Below, piece after piece: positions 49,640-58,297 of a stretch of 64,000 nt of DNA. Source of the DNA: Bacteroidales bacterium (GTDB taxonomy: Bacteria; Bacteroidota; Bacteroidia; Bacteroidales; WCHB1-69). Below the pieces are notes generated by a model. The model made no database searches. It was not told the DNA's origin and worked only from the letters and a program-made list of their open reading frames with translations. The first letter of the stretch is position 1; each line of letters opens with the position of its first letter. The DNA lies in contig JAGCCZ010000001.1 in NCBI GenBank assembly GCA_017651425.1, forward strand, positions 6,222-70,221, given 5' to 3'. Made by a program: the position numbers and the translations under genes.

Positions 49640-51475
49640 ATGAGAATTAAGAAAGTAATTATTGACAATTTTAAATCCATTGATCATATTGATTTAGATT
49701 TTGACAAGGTCGGGGATAGTTATACGAAGATTTTTGTAGGTATAAATGAGTCTGGTAAAAGTAATATATTAGAGGCATTATCATATTTCAAGGTTCCGGA
49801 TAATAATGTTTCTTTCGATAGTTACTGTAACCAAAAGATTGAAGACAGGGATATATGCAGTATCCTCTTCGAATTAGAATTTGAGCCTAATACGCCATTT
49901 GTCCTTAATGAAAAAAAAGGAAAAGGACAAGGTTTAAATCTCTCTCTTTCTAATATTACCAAGAAAGTGTATCTTTCCAAGGGTGCAAATAGGTTTGATC
50001 ACTCCTATAGTTTTGATATACAATTATTAGATGCTAATCTTTTTATAAAAAAAACACCAACACCAAATCAATATGGCATTGGTCGTGGTGTTAACGATAG
50101 TATTGTGCCTGAATCAGAAAAAGATGATAATTCCGAACCGCTCACAATTAAGCATGTTGAACATATTTATAATGACACCATAATAAAGTATATTGAAAAT
50201 AATGAACCTTCAGTTTCCGTGTGGAAAGCGTCATCGGAATATTTATTCTCAAATGTTAATTTGAATGCTTTCGCGCAAAATATCGATTCAAATAAACCAT
50301 TAAAAAATATTTTCCATTTAAGTGGTTTTAAAGATCAACCATCTATTGTCGAAGCAATTAGCAAGGTTAGAAACCCTAAAAACAGAAGTATTCTTTCAAG
50401 TAGATTAAATGAATCCTTAAACAATTATATAAACAAGGTCTGGAGTAATAAAATAAACATTGTTATTGAGATAACTGAAACTGGTGCATTGTCTTTTCTT
50501 ATTAAAGATCAGGGTGCAGAAAATGAGCACAACCGCTTTGATATAACGGAAAGAAGCCAAGGTGCTCAACAATTCTTGTCACTTATTTTATCATTATCCC
50601 TTGAAGCCGAAAATCAAGAAAGAAAAAATGAATTGATCTTGATAGATGAACCTGAAACACACTTGCATCCTTCTGGTATTAGGGATTTAGGACGAGAATT
50701 ACTAAAAGTTGGAAAAGAAAATTATGTTTTCTTAGCAACACATTCTCCTTTCATCATTGATAAAAGTCATAAGGAGAGACATTATATTGTGAAAAAGGAC
50801 AAGAAATCTATCACAGAAATAAAAAGAATAAGAGAAAGTGACAACATTATTGATGATGAAGTGCTTAATGAGGCATTTGGAATCAATGTATATCAAGATC
50901 TATTAAATCCTCATAGCGTTTTGGTTGAAGGAGCATCTGATAAAGTTATCTTGCAAAAAGTTTTTTCTCTATTGGGCCGGAAAGATATTGGAATCACTAA
51001 CGGACATGGAACAAATATTGATACATTGGCTTCGAAAATGAACTTTGATAATATTTCTGTTTTAGTTGTTACTGACGATGACAAAGATGGTAAAAAATAT
51101 AAAGAAAAAATACTCAAAATAGGTGGCGTGTTTAATGAGAATAATGTTTTCACTATTCGTGATCTGGAAGGTAGAATTGTTGATCAAGGAACCATTGAGG
51201 ATACGTTAGGTATAGGATACGTTAAGTCTCAATTTCAAGAATTCTATAGGAATAGATTTGATGAGGAATTGTCGGATTTTGATCTATTAGATGATAGAAC
51301 TGTTATTTCACAAATCGAAGAATTCTTGAAAGGTAAAAGAAAATTCAGCAGTTGGGATATGGATGCTTTTAAGAAGCTTGTTTCTGATAATTTCAATCCC
51401 GGTAAATCTGCTTTAAACAAACAATTTGGAATTTTGAAGGGTTTAGCGGAAAAAATGATTGAAAAGTTGAATTAA
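49640..51475 (+). CDS. OLD-family-like ABC-type ATPase fused to a TOPRIM nuclease domain
   Basis: Walker A GINESGKSN, signature-like RSQGAQQF, Walker B LILIDEPETHLHP and LATHSPF. The TOPRIM motifs are VLVEGASDKV and VLVVTDDDKDGKK. Confidence 0.8.
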   Translation: MRIKKVIIDNFKSIDHIDLDFDKVGDSYTKIFVGINESGKSNILEALSYFKVPDNNVSFDSYCNQKIEDRDICSILFELEFEPNTPFVLNEKKGKGQGLNLSLSNITKKVYLSKGANRFDHSYSFDIQLLDANLFIKKTPTPNQYGIGRGVNDSIVPESEKDDNSEPLTIKHVEHIYNDTIIKYIENNEPSVSVWKASSEYLFSNVNLNAFAQNIDSNKPLKNIFHLSGFKDQPSIVEAISKVRNPKNRSILSSRLNESLNNYINKVWSNKINIVIEITETGALSFLIKDQGAENEHNRFDITERSQGAQQFLSLILSLSLEAENQERKNELILIDEPETHLHPSGIRDLGRELLKVGKENYVFLATHSPFIIDKSHKERHYIVKKDKKSITEIKRIRESDNIIDDEVLNEAFGINVYQDLLNPHSVLVEGASDKVILQKVFSLLGRKDIGITNGHGTNIDTLASKMNFDNISVLVVTDDDKDGKKYKEKILKIGGVFNENNVFTIRDLEGRIVDQGTIEDTLGIGYVKSQFQEFYRNRFDEELSDFDLLDDRTVISQIEEFLKGKRKFSSWDMDAFKKLVSDNFNPGKSALNKQFGILKGLAEKMIEKLN

Positions 51476-51489
51476 TTTACTTCAGCAAT

Positions 51490-54400
51490 ATGTCAGACTT
51501 CAACGAAGATCATTACGAGCAGACGCTGATTGAGCTGTTTAAAGAGCGATTGGACTACAAGTATCTCAACGGCTACGAGGCACAAGAGGCATTTGAGGAC
51601 AAGGACTACTATTGTCCTGTCTATCTCGAACGGCTGCAGATGAAACTGCGCGACCTCAATCCCAAACTGCCGCAATCGGCACTCGATGAAGCGGAGCGGA
51701 AGTTGCTTCATATTGAAGCGGGCAATATGGTTCAGAACAACGAGCTCTTCATGGACTACCTGCAACATGGCGTGGAGGTGACCTTTCATGATGGTCATGA
51801 GTTGAAGAATGACATTGTTTATCTGGTTGATTATAAAGATATCTTAGAGAATGACTTCCTACTGGCGAACCAATGGACATTCGTGGAGAAGTCTAAAAAA
51901 CGCGCCGATTTAATCCTTTTCCTTAACGGTCTGCCTGTAGTGTTGATGGAACTGAAATCGCCTTCGCGCGAAGAAACCGATGCCAGCGCCGCTTACCGCC
52001 AACTCAAAAACTATATGAAGGAGATTCCTACCATGTTCACCTACAATGTATTCTGTGTAATGAGCGATATGGCGGAATCAAAAGCAGGCACCATCACCTC
52101 CAACGAGGATCGTTTTATGCAATGGAAATCAAAAGATGGCGTCTATGAAAGCACAGAGGTGGTGGATTACGATGTGTTCTTCGAGGGAATGTTCCGAAAG
52201 GAGAGGCTGTTGGATATTATCCGCAATTTCGTCTGCTACAGCAAGGACGAGGGAAAGGACAACAAGATATTGGCAGGTTACCATCAGTATTTTGCGGTGA
52301 AGAAAGCGGTGGAGCGTACCAAATTGGCGGTCACTGGCGATGGAAAGATCGGCGTATTTTGGCACACCCAGGGCAGCGGCAAGAGTCTCTCGATGGTGTT
52401 TTATGCCCATCTGCTGCAATCCACTATTTCGCAACCAACCATTGTGGTCATTACCGACCGTAACGACCTTGACAATCAACTTTATAGTCAGTTTGCCAAG
52501 TGCAAGGATTTTCTGCGACAAGTGCCAGTGCAAGCCATTTCTCGTCAGCATTTGCGCGAACTACTTGAGGGCCGCACAGCCAATGGCATCATATTTACCA
52601 CAATGCAGAAGTTCGAGGAATACGATGCGCCATTGTCCACCCGCCGAAACATCATTGTGATGAGCGATGAAGCCCATCGCGGGCAGTACGGTTTTGAGGA
52701 GAAGATTGACCCGGCGACAGGAAAAGTCAGCGTCGGCACCGCCCGTCTCATCCACGATTCGCTGCCTCACGCCTCGTTCATTGGCTTCACCGGCACCCCT
52801 ATCGCCAAGACAGACCGAAACACCATCGAGGTGTTTGGTGACTGCATTGATGTGTATGATATGACGCAGAGCGTTTTGGACCACGCCACCGTACCAGTCT
52901 ATTACGAAAGCCGCGTCATCAATCTCAAACTTGACGACGAGACGCTCCAACTTATCGACAAAGAATTTGAACTTTTGGAAGCGGAAGGTGCCGATGCACA
53001 GCAAGTTGAAAAGAGCAAGCGAGACCTCTCGCATCTTGAAGAGCTGCTTGGAGCTGATTCCACCATAGATTCGTTGGTACAAGACATTCTTAACCACTAT
53101 GAAAACTATCGTGAGCAAGAACTGACCGGCAAAGCGATGATTGTGGCATACAGCCGCCCGATTGCTATCAAGATATACAAGCGAATACTTGAATTGAGGC
53201 CTGAATGGACGGAGAAGGTGAAATGCGTAATGTCAGGCGACAACAATGACCCCGAGGAATGGCACAACATCATTGGCAACAAGCAGTACAAACAAGAACT
53301 GGCGAAGAAGTTCAAGGATGACAATGATCCGATGAAGATTGCCATAGTGGTTGATATGTGGCTCACGGGGTTCGATGTTCCATCCTTGGCTACAATGTAC
53401 GTTTTCAAGCCACTGAATGGGCACAACCTGATGCAGGCCATTGCCCGTGTAAACCGCGTGTTCAATGGGAAAGAAGGCGGTCTGGTGGTCGATTACATCG
53501 GCATCGCACAAGCTTTGAAGTCGGCTATGAAATTTTACAGCGCTCACGACCGTCAAAAGTTCGGTGATCCGGACATCAAGACCACCGCCTTGAAAAAATT
53601 CCAGGAGGAGTTGGAAATCTGTCGCGATCTGATGCACGGTTTCGATTATTCAAAGTTCAAAGATTCTTCAGACCTGAAACGGGCTGAACTCATCAAAGGC
53701 GGCACCAACTTCCTGCTGTCCAAAGATATGCAGGAGAAGAAATCGGACTATATGAAACACGCCACCTTGCTGCACCAGTCCATCACACTGTGTCGCAGCC
53801 TGCTCAATGAAAACCAACGTTGGGAAAGTGCCTTTTTTGAGACGGTGCGTGTGATGATTCTGCGTTTGAGCGGCAAAGGAAAGATAACCAAGAAGGAAAT
53901 CGACGAACGCATCCGTGAACTGCTGAAACAGAGCGTAAAGAGCGAAGGCGTCATCAACCTGTTCCAAGACGCTGGCAAAGAGTTTTCATTAAACGATCCT
54001 GCTTTCTTGGAAGAGTTGACCAAGATGAAGGAGAAGAACATCTCCATCCAAATTTTGGAAAACCTGTTGAAAGACAAGGTGAAAGCGTTCCAACACAAGA
54101 ATCTCGTGCAAAGTGAGAAGTTTTCTGAGCTGCTGAACCATGCGTTAAGCAACTATCTGAAAGGGATGTTGACCAATGAAGAGGTGATTCAGGAATTGCT
54201 CAAGTTGGCATCGCAAATCAAGGAAACCGAGCAACAGGGCAATGAGCTTGGTTTGACCGATGAGGAAAAGGCCTTTTATGATGCGCTGACGCGTCCACAA
54301 GCGGTGCGAGACATTTATGAGAACGACGAATTGGTGGCTATGACCAAGGAACTGACCGAAACACTCCGCAAGAATCGCACCATCGACTGGCAACACAAAG

Positions 54401-54645
54401 AGTCTGCCCGTGCGGGCATGCGCAAGATGGTGAAACGACTGTTGAAGAAATACAAATATCCGCCCGAGGAGGCTGAGCACGCCATGGACATTGTGCTGAA
54501 GCAGTGTGAGGAGTGGGCGGACGAAGATGAATACACTGTGACAGAACCGAAAGTCATACGGTTTTATTCTCAAAAAGAGGAAGAATCTAGGAATATTGCT
54601 GCTGAAGACGAATTACCGTACAACACTGAATTTATTGAATCATAA
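51490..54645 (+). CDS. hsdR: Type I restriction endonuclease, R subunit
   Basis: 1051 aa with an N-terminal nuclease region (ADLILFLNGLPVVLMELK), then TQGSGKS and the DEAH box SDEAHRGQ. Confidence 0.93.
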   Translation: MSDFNEDHYEQTLIELFKERLDYKYLNGYEAQEAFEDKDYYCPVYLERLQMKLRDLNPKLPQSALDEAERKLLHIEAGNMVQNNELFMDYLQHGVEVTFHDGHELKNDIVYLVDYKDILENDFLLANQWTFVEKSKKRADLILFLNGLPVVLMELKSPSREETDASAAYRQLKNYMKEIPTMFTYNVFCVMSDMAESKAGTITSNEDRFMQWKSKDGVYESTEVVDYDVFFEGMFRKERLLDIIRNFVCYSKDEGKDNKILAGYHQYFAVKKAVERTKLAVTGDGKIGVFWHTQGSGKSLSMVFYAHLLQSTISQPTIVVITDRNDLDNQLYSQFAKCKDFLRQVPVQAISRQHLRELLEGRTANGIIFTTMQKFEEYDAPLSTRRNIIVMSDEAHRGQYGFEEKIDPATGKVSVGTARLIHDSLPHASFIGFTGTPIAKTDRNTIEVFGDCIDVYDMTQSVLDHATVPVYYESRVINLKLDDETLQLIDKEFELLEAEGADAQQVEKSKRDLSHLEELLGADSTIDSLVQDILNHYENYREQELTGKAMIVAYSRPIAIKIYKRILELRPEWTEKVKCVMSGDNNDPEEWHNIIGNKQYKQELAKKFKDDNDPMKIAIVVDMWLTGFDVPSLATMYVFKPLNGHNLMQAIARVNRVFNGKEGGLVVDYIGIAQALKSAMKFYSAHDRQKFGDPDIKTTALKKFQEELEICRDLMHGFDYSKFKDSSDLKRAELIKGGTNFLLSKDMQEKKSDYMKHATLLHQSITLCRSLLNENQRWESAFFETVRVMILRLSGKGKITKKEIDERIRELLKQSVKSEGVINLFQDAGKEFSLNDPAFLEELTKMKEKNISIQILENLLKDKVKAFQHKNLVQSEKFSELLNHALSNYLKGMLTNEEVIQELLKLASQIKETEQQGNELGLTDEEKAFYDALTRPQAVRDIYENDELVAMTKELTETLRKNRTIDWQHKESARAGMRKMVKRLLKKYKYPPEEAEHAMDIVLKQCEEWADEDEYTVTEPKVIRFYSQKEEESRNIAAEDELPYNTEFIES

Positions 54646-54658
54646 ATCCAATAGCACT

Positions 54659-55240
54659 ATGCAAAAACACCTCCCTCTCCTCCTCGCCTGCCTCATGTTT
54701 GCAGGCTCCATCTTCGCCCAACAGCATCTTTCCTTCAAAGGCGTGCCCATTGACGGCACATTGAAGGCATACACCGACGCCATGGTGAAAGCCGGATTCC
54801 ACTACGAAGACACCCAAGATGGAATTGCGCTGCTGACAGGCGATTTTGCCGGATATAAAAACTGCGTCGTCGGGGTATCCACCCTGGAAAATCTGGATGT
54901 GGTCAGCCATATAGCTGTGCTCTTCCCCGAAAAGGAAACCTGGACGGCCGTGCTTAATGACTATGAAACTCTCAAAGCAATGCTCACCGAAAAATATGGC
55001 AAACCATCGGACTCGCAGGAAAAATTTACCGGTTATGTCGGAGACAACAGCAATGGTTTTATTATGCACGCCTTGAATGAGGGTGAATACGTATGGTACA
55101 CCACATTCACAACCGAATTGGGCGACATCCAGCTGTCCATTGCAGAGGGAACCAAATATGCCACCGCAATGGTCCGTCTCGTCTATCGCGACAAGGCCAA
55201 TGGTGAGAAGGTGCGCAGCGCGGCGATGGATGATCTGTAG
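54659..55240 (+). CDS. Hypothetical secreted protein
   Basis: The start MQKHLPLLLACLMFAGSIFAQQ (signal peptide) is at ATG 54659, 13 nt after the hsdR stop. Confidence 0.55.
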   Translation: MQKHLPLLLACLMFAGSIFAQQHLSFKGVPIDGTLKAYTDAMVKAGFHYEDTQDGIALLTGDFAGYKNCVVGVSTLENLDVVSHIAVLFPEKETWTAVLNDYETLKAMLTEKYGKPSDSQEKFTGYVGDNSNGFIMHALNEGEYVWYTTFTTELGDIQLSIAEGTKYATAMVRLVYRDKANGEKVRSAAMDDL

Positions 55241-55282
55241 TCTATCTCTTCGCCTGCCCTGCCAGCATAGCTCACCCCCTCC

Positions 55283-55332
55283 CCTTCCGCGGCGAGCCAT
55301 CCACAACCTCTTGGCGGGCCATCCCCGCGCCG
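55283..55332 (+). repeat. GC-rich ~50-bp repeat, direct partner at 57295-57346
   Basis: CCTTCCGCGGCGAGCCATCCACAACCTCTTGGCGGGCCATCCCCGCGCCG compared with CCCTTCCGCGGAGAACATGTCCACACCTTTGTGGCGGGCCATCCCCGCGCCG. The core also resembles 26039-26061 (reverse complement) and 28895-28917. Confidence 0.8.
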
Positions 55333-55671
55333 CGGCGGATGCCCGGGACACCGCATACCTACCGGGCCACCCACCCCCGCACGCCGCCGGCGTGCGACAT
55401 CCGCCCGCACATCCTCAACGCTACCAACCCCCGCAGCCCGATGGGCTGCGACGACAGCGCACATAATTGCAAACATGTTGATTTTCCCCACGGACCGTGT
55501 CCCGGAGGGAGACAATCTTAGTAAGGAGCACGGCAACTCGACTGCAACCCGCGACGTAGTTTTCAAAACCATCTTCGAGCAGGCGGAGAGTTTTAAGAAG
55601 AATAGCGATCTTGGGGATGATCCCGAGATGATAAAAAATTTCAACATACACTTTCTGTTATTAAAAAATTG

Positions 55672-55679
55672 TATCTTTG
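55672..55679 (+). promoter_or_regulatory. -7 box TATCTTTG upstream of the toxin gene
   Basis: Lies 22 nt upstream of ATG 55702. Confidence 0.55.
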
Positions 55680-55701
55680 CAAACTAAAAAAACATTCGCA
55701 G

Positions 55702-56043
55702 ATGGATTTGACTTTTGCAGATAAGAATCTAAAGAAATGTGCTTTGGATCAACGTAAATGCCAGAAGGAGATGGGAAAGCAACGTGCCGAGTTGTATCTT
55801 AGAAGAATCGCAGATCTTGATGCAGCATACACTCTCGAGGACGTCAGGTATTTGCCAGGGCATTACCATGAGCTGACACAGGATAAAAAGGGGAAATGGG
55901 CTTGTGATTTAGACCAACCTTATCGACTGGTTTTCAAACCCCATGAAGACCCTATTCCAGAGGATGAAAATCACAAATACATTTGGGCTGAAATATTAGG
56001 AGTGGAGATTATTGAAATAGTTAATTACCATAAGGAAAAGTAA
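55702..56043 (+). CDS. HigB-like (plasmid-maintenance killer, RelE/ParE superfamily) toxin
   Basis: 113 aa: MDLTFADKNLKKC...RRIADLDAAYTLEDV...HELTQDKKGKWACDLDQPYRLVF matches the killer-protein family pattern. Confidence 0.72.
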   Translation: MDLTFADKNLKKCALDQRKCQKEMGKQRAELYLRRIADLDAAYTLEDVRYLPGHYHELTQDKKGKWACDLDQPYRLVFKPHEDPIPEDENHKYIWAEILGVEIIEIVNYHKEK

Positions 56044-56055
56044 AATAATAAAGAT

Positions 56056-57165
56056 ATGGCACAAAAGAAAAAATTCAGAGCAGTTTACGCATTTCATCCT
56101 GGAACCACATTGAGGGAGAAACTGGACGAAATGGGAATGAGCGTGAAAGAATTCGCAGTGAGAACCTCCAAACCTGAGAAAACCATCAATGCAGTGTTGA
56201 TGGGTGATAGCTCTTTGACACCAGACATGGCTGTTGCTTTTGAACAAATCACTATGATTCCCGCCCACATGTGGCTAAACCTCCAGCGGAATTACGATGA
56301 ATATATGGCGCGTCAAAAGCGGGAGTCGATTCTCAACGATGAAGACACCATCGCTTGGGCAAGGCGCTTCCCATATTCTATTATGGCAAATTTAGGTTGG
56401 GTTCCTGCGACACGCAGCATTAGCGAAAAAATCACAAATCTTTTTTCGTTTTTTAAAATCACTACGGCAAATGCCTGGACAAATTTATTCCTAAACCAAG
56501 CTTTGAAGTCTGAATTTAGACTTTCTTTGTCGGGCACTAAAGATCCTTACGCCATCTCAGCGTGGTTAAGACAAGGGGAAATCTTAGCCGATAATACGAG
56601 CACTAATAACAGCTATTCGGCAGAACGCTTGAAAGAGGAACTGCCTCTGATGTTGAAATTGGTGCAATCACAACCTGATAATTTTGATGCACAATTAAAG
56701 GAGTTATGTTCCAATGCGGGAGTGAAGTTGATCTATATCAGTCATATCACTCATGCTCCCGTGAATGGATGTGCTCGATGGATTGACAACACGCCCTGTA
56801 TTCAGATGACAGACCGTCAAAAGCGTAATGATGTTTTTTGGTTTTCTTTCTTTCACGAAATAGGACATATTCTCTTACATGGGAAAAAAGATGTTTTTTT
56901 AGAGGACACAGAATATCATGATCAACAAAAAGAAAAAGAAATGGCAGCCGATCGATTCGCTTCGGACATTCTTCTTGACAAGAAAAATGAGCAAGCTATC
57001 ATTAGAGAGATTCACGAAAAGACCGTTCAAGCCGATCTAATAAGTGAATTGGCAGACAAATACAAAACACATCCGGCGATTATTATTGGCCGTCTTCAGC
57101 ATCTTCAGATATTGCCTCAGAACTCGGCTTTGAACAGTTTGAAGGCCACTGTTCGCTTCAATTAA
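56056..57165 (+). CDS. HigA/VapI-type HTH antitoxin domain fused to an ImmA/IrrE (COG2856) zinc-metallopeptidase domain
   Basis: The N-terminus has FHPGTTLREKLDEMGMSVKEFA...INAVLMG...WLNLQRNYD. The C-terminus has the HEXXH motif FFHEIGHILLH. Confidence 0.78.
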   Translation: MAQKKKFRAVYAFHPGTTLREKLDEMGMSVKEFAVRTSKPEKTINAVLMGDSSLTPDMAVAFEQITMIPAHMWLNLQRNYDEYMARQKRESILNDEDTIAWARRFPYSIMANLGWVPATRSISEKITNLFSFFKITTANAWTNLFLNQALKSEFRLSLSGTKDPYAISAWLRQGEILADNTSTNNSYSAERLKEELPLMLKLVQSQPDNFDAQLKELCSNAGVKLIYISHITHAPVNGCARWIDNTPCIQMTDRQKRNDVFWFSFFHEIGHILLHGKKDVFLEDTEYHDQQKEKEMAADRFASDILLDKKNEQAIIREIHEKTVQADLISELADKYKTHPAIIIGRLQHLQILPQNSALNSLKATVRFN

Positions 57166-57294
57166 TCTTATCATTTTTGTTTCCTCTATAAAGGTACATT
57201 TCTTTCTACGTAAATGGATGTACCAAACGAACAGGTGCGTACATACCTTAACAGCAAGGATTTTCGTCACGGTGTCTGCGGGCAACAAAGGGAA

Positions 57295-57346
57295 CCCTTC
57301 CGCGGAGAACATGTCCACACCTTTGTGGCGGGCCATCCCCGCGCCG
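57295..57346 (+). repeat. Second copy of the GC-rich ~50-bp repeat
   Basis: See 55283-55332. Confidence 0.8.
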
Positions 57347-57480
57347 GACTGCCAAAATATCAAGACACAGGAAAACAGATTGCCATTCACATTTTTCTTA
57401 TCTTTGCCCTTTCTTTTTTGTGACCAATTTTTTTAATGAAAAATAATCTACAATAACAACCCTGCTAAAAACATCATACA

Positions 57481-58167
57481 ATGAGACACTCTTTTTTAAC
57501 CTTATTATTCACATTGTTGGCGGTTTTCTGCTATGCGCAGGACATTATAGTCACCACAGATGCCCGAAGGATAGAAGCCAAAATTCTGGAAGTTTCTGAA
57601 TCGGAAATAAAATACAAGGAGCTCGACAATCTGGAAGGCCCGATTTACATATTGTCCACCCAAAGCATCGTGTCCATTATTTATGCCAACGGGAAGGTTA
57701 CGATATTTCAGGACTCCTCATCAGAAAAGGAGTATCAGCAGGAAACAACCCCGAGCCTTCTCACCCGTTTAGGTGAAACATACACCTATAAAGGTCATGC
57801 GATGAGAGGCGATGTCTATGCCAATTTCTTGAATGACCATTGCCCAAGTGCCTATGAAATATACCATAGCGGATACATTATCTCCTATACCGGAATATGT
57901 TTGCTGTCTGCCGCAATCGGAATGGAATTGGGTACACTTATTGGCTGTGCCATTGCGGGAGGCAACCTCAACTATTCCATTCCTTACATGTATTGCGCCC
58001 TGGGGTTGTCTGTCGCCAGCATCCCCCTGTTGATTGTTGGATACAACAAAATGCATAAGAGTGTGGATGTCTTCAATCAAAAATGTGCCCCGGATGTCGA
58101 TCATCGTCAAATCTACTGGAGCATTAACACAAATCGGCATGGTGTGGGATTGACACTGAACTTCTGA
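57481..58167 (+). CDS. Hypothetical membrane protein with a signal peptide, a small beta-rich domain and C-terminal TM helices
   Basis: 228-aa ORF. MRHSFLTLLFTLLAVFCYAQ, with hydrophobic segments in the C-terminal half. Confidence 0.5.
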   Translation: MRHSFLTLLFTLLAVFCYAQDIIVTTDARRIEAKILEVSESEIKYKELDNLEGPIYILSTQSIVSIIYANGKVTIFQDSSSEKEYQQETTPSLLTRLGETYTYKGHAMRGDVYANFLNDHCPSAYEIYHSGYIISYTGICLLSAAIGMELGTLIGCAIAGGNLNYSIPYMYCALGLSVASIPLLIVGYNKMHKSVDVFNQKCAPDVDHRQIYWSINTNRHGVGLTLNF

Positions 58168-58261
58168 AAATTAGTTGATCGGTTTTCTCACTTGCCTCTT
58201 CTCCCGTTCCCTCCGACTCCACATTTTTTCTTCCTCCCCATTTTTTGAAAGATAAAAAGAC

Positions 58262-58269
58262 TATTTTTG
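58262..58269 (+). promoter_or_regulatory. -7 box TATTTTTG upstream of the giant surface-protein gene
   Basis: Lies 28 nt upstream of ATG 58298. Confidence 0.55.
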
Positions 58270-58297
58270 CACCTTGGAAACACGAACGCCTCGACTT

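Noticed and set aside
49640-51475. Calling the ATPase-TOPRIM gene a Gabija system
   Set aside because: No UvrD-like GajB gene is adjacent. The only UvrD-family gene (7729-10098) is a distant housekeeping helicase. The neighbours here are hsdS and hsdR.
55283-57346. The ~50-bp direct repeats as att sites of a higBA mini-island
   Set aside because: The same core also occurs in the repeat elements at 26.04 kb and 28.9 kb. A dispersed repeat family therefore explains them better than target duplication. No integrase is present.
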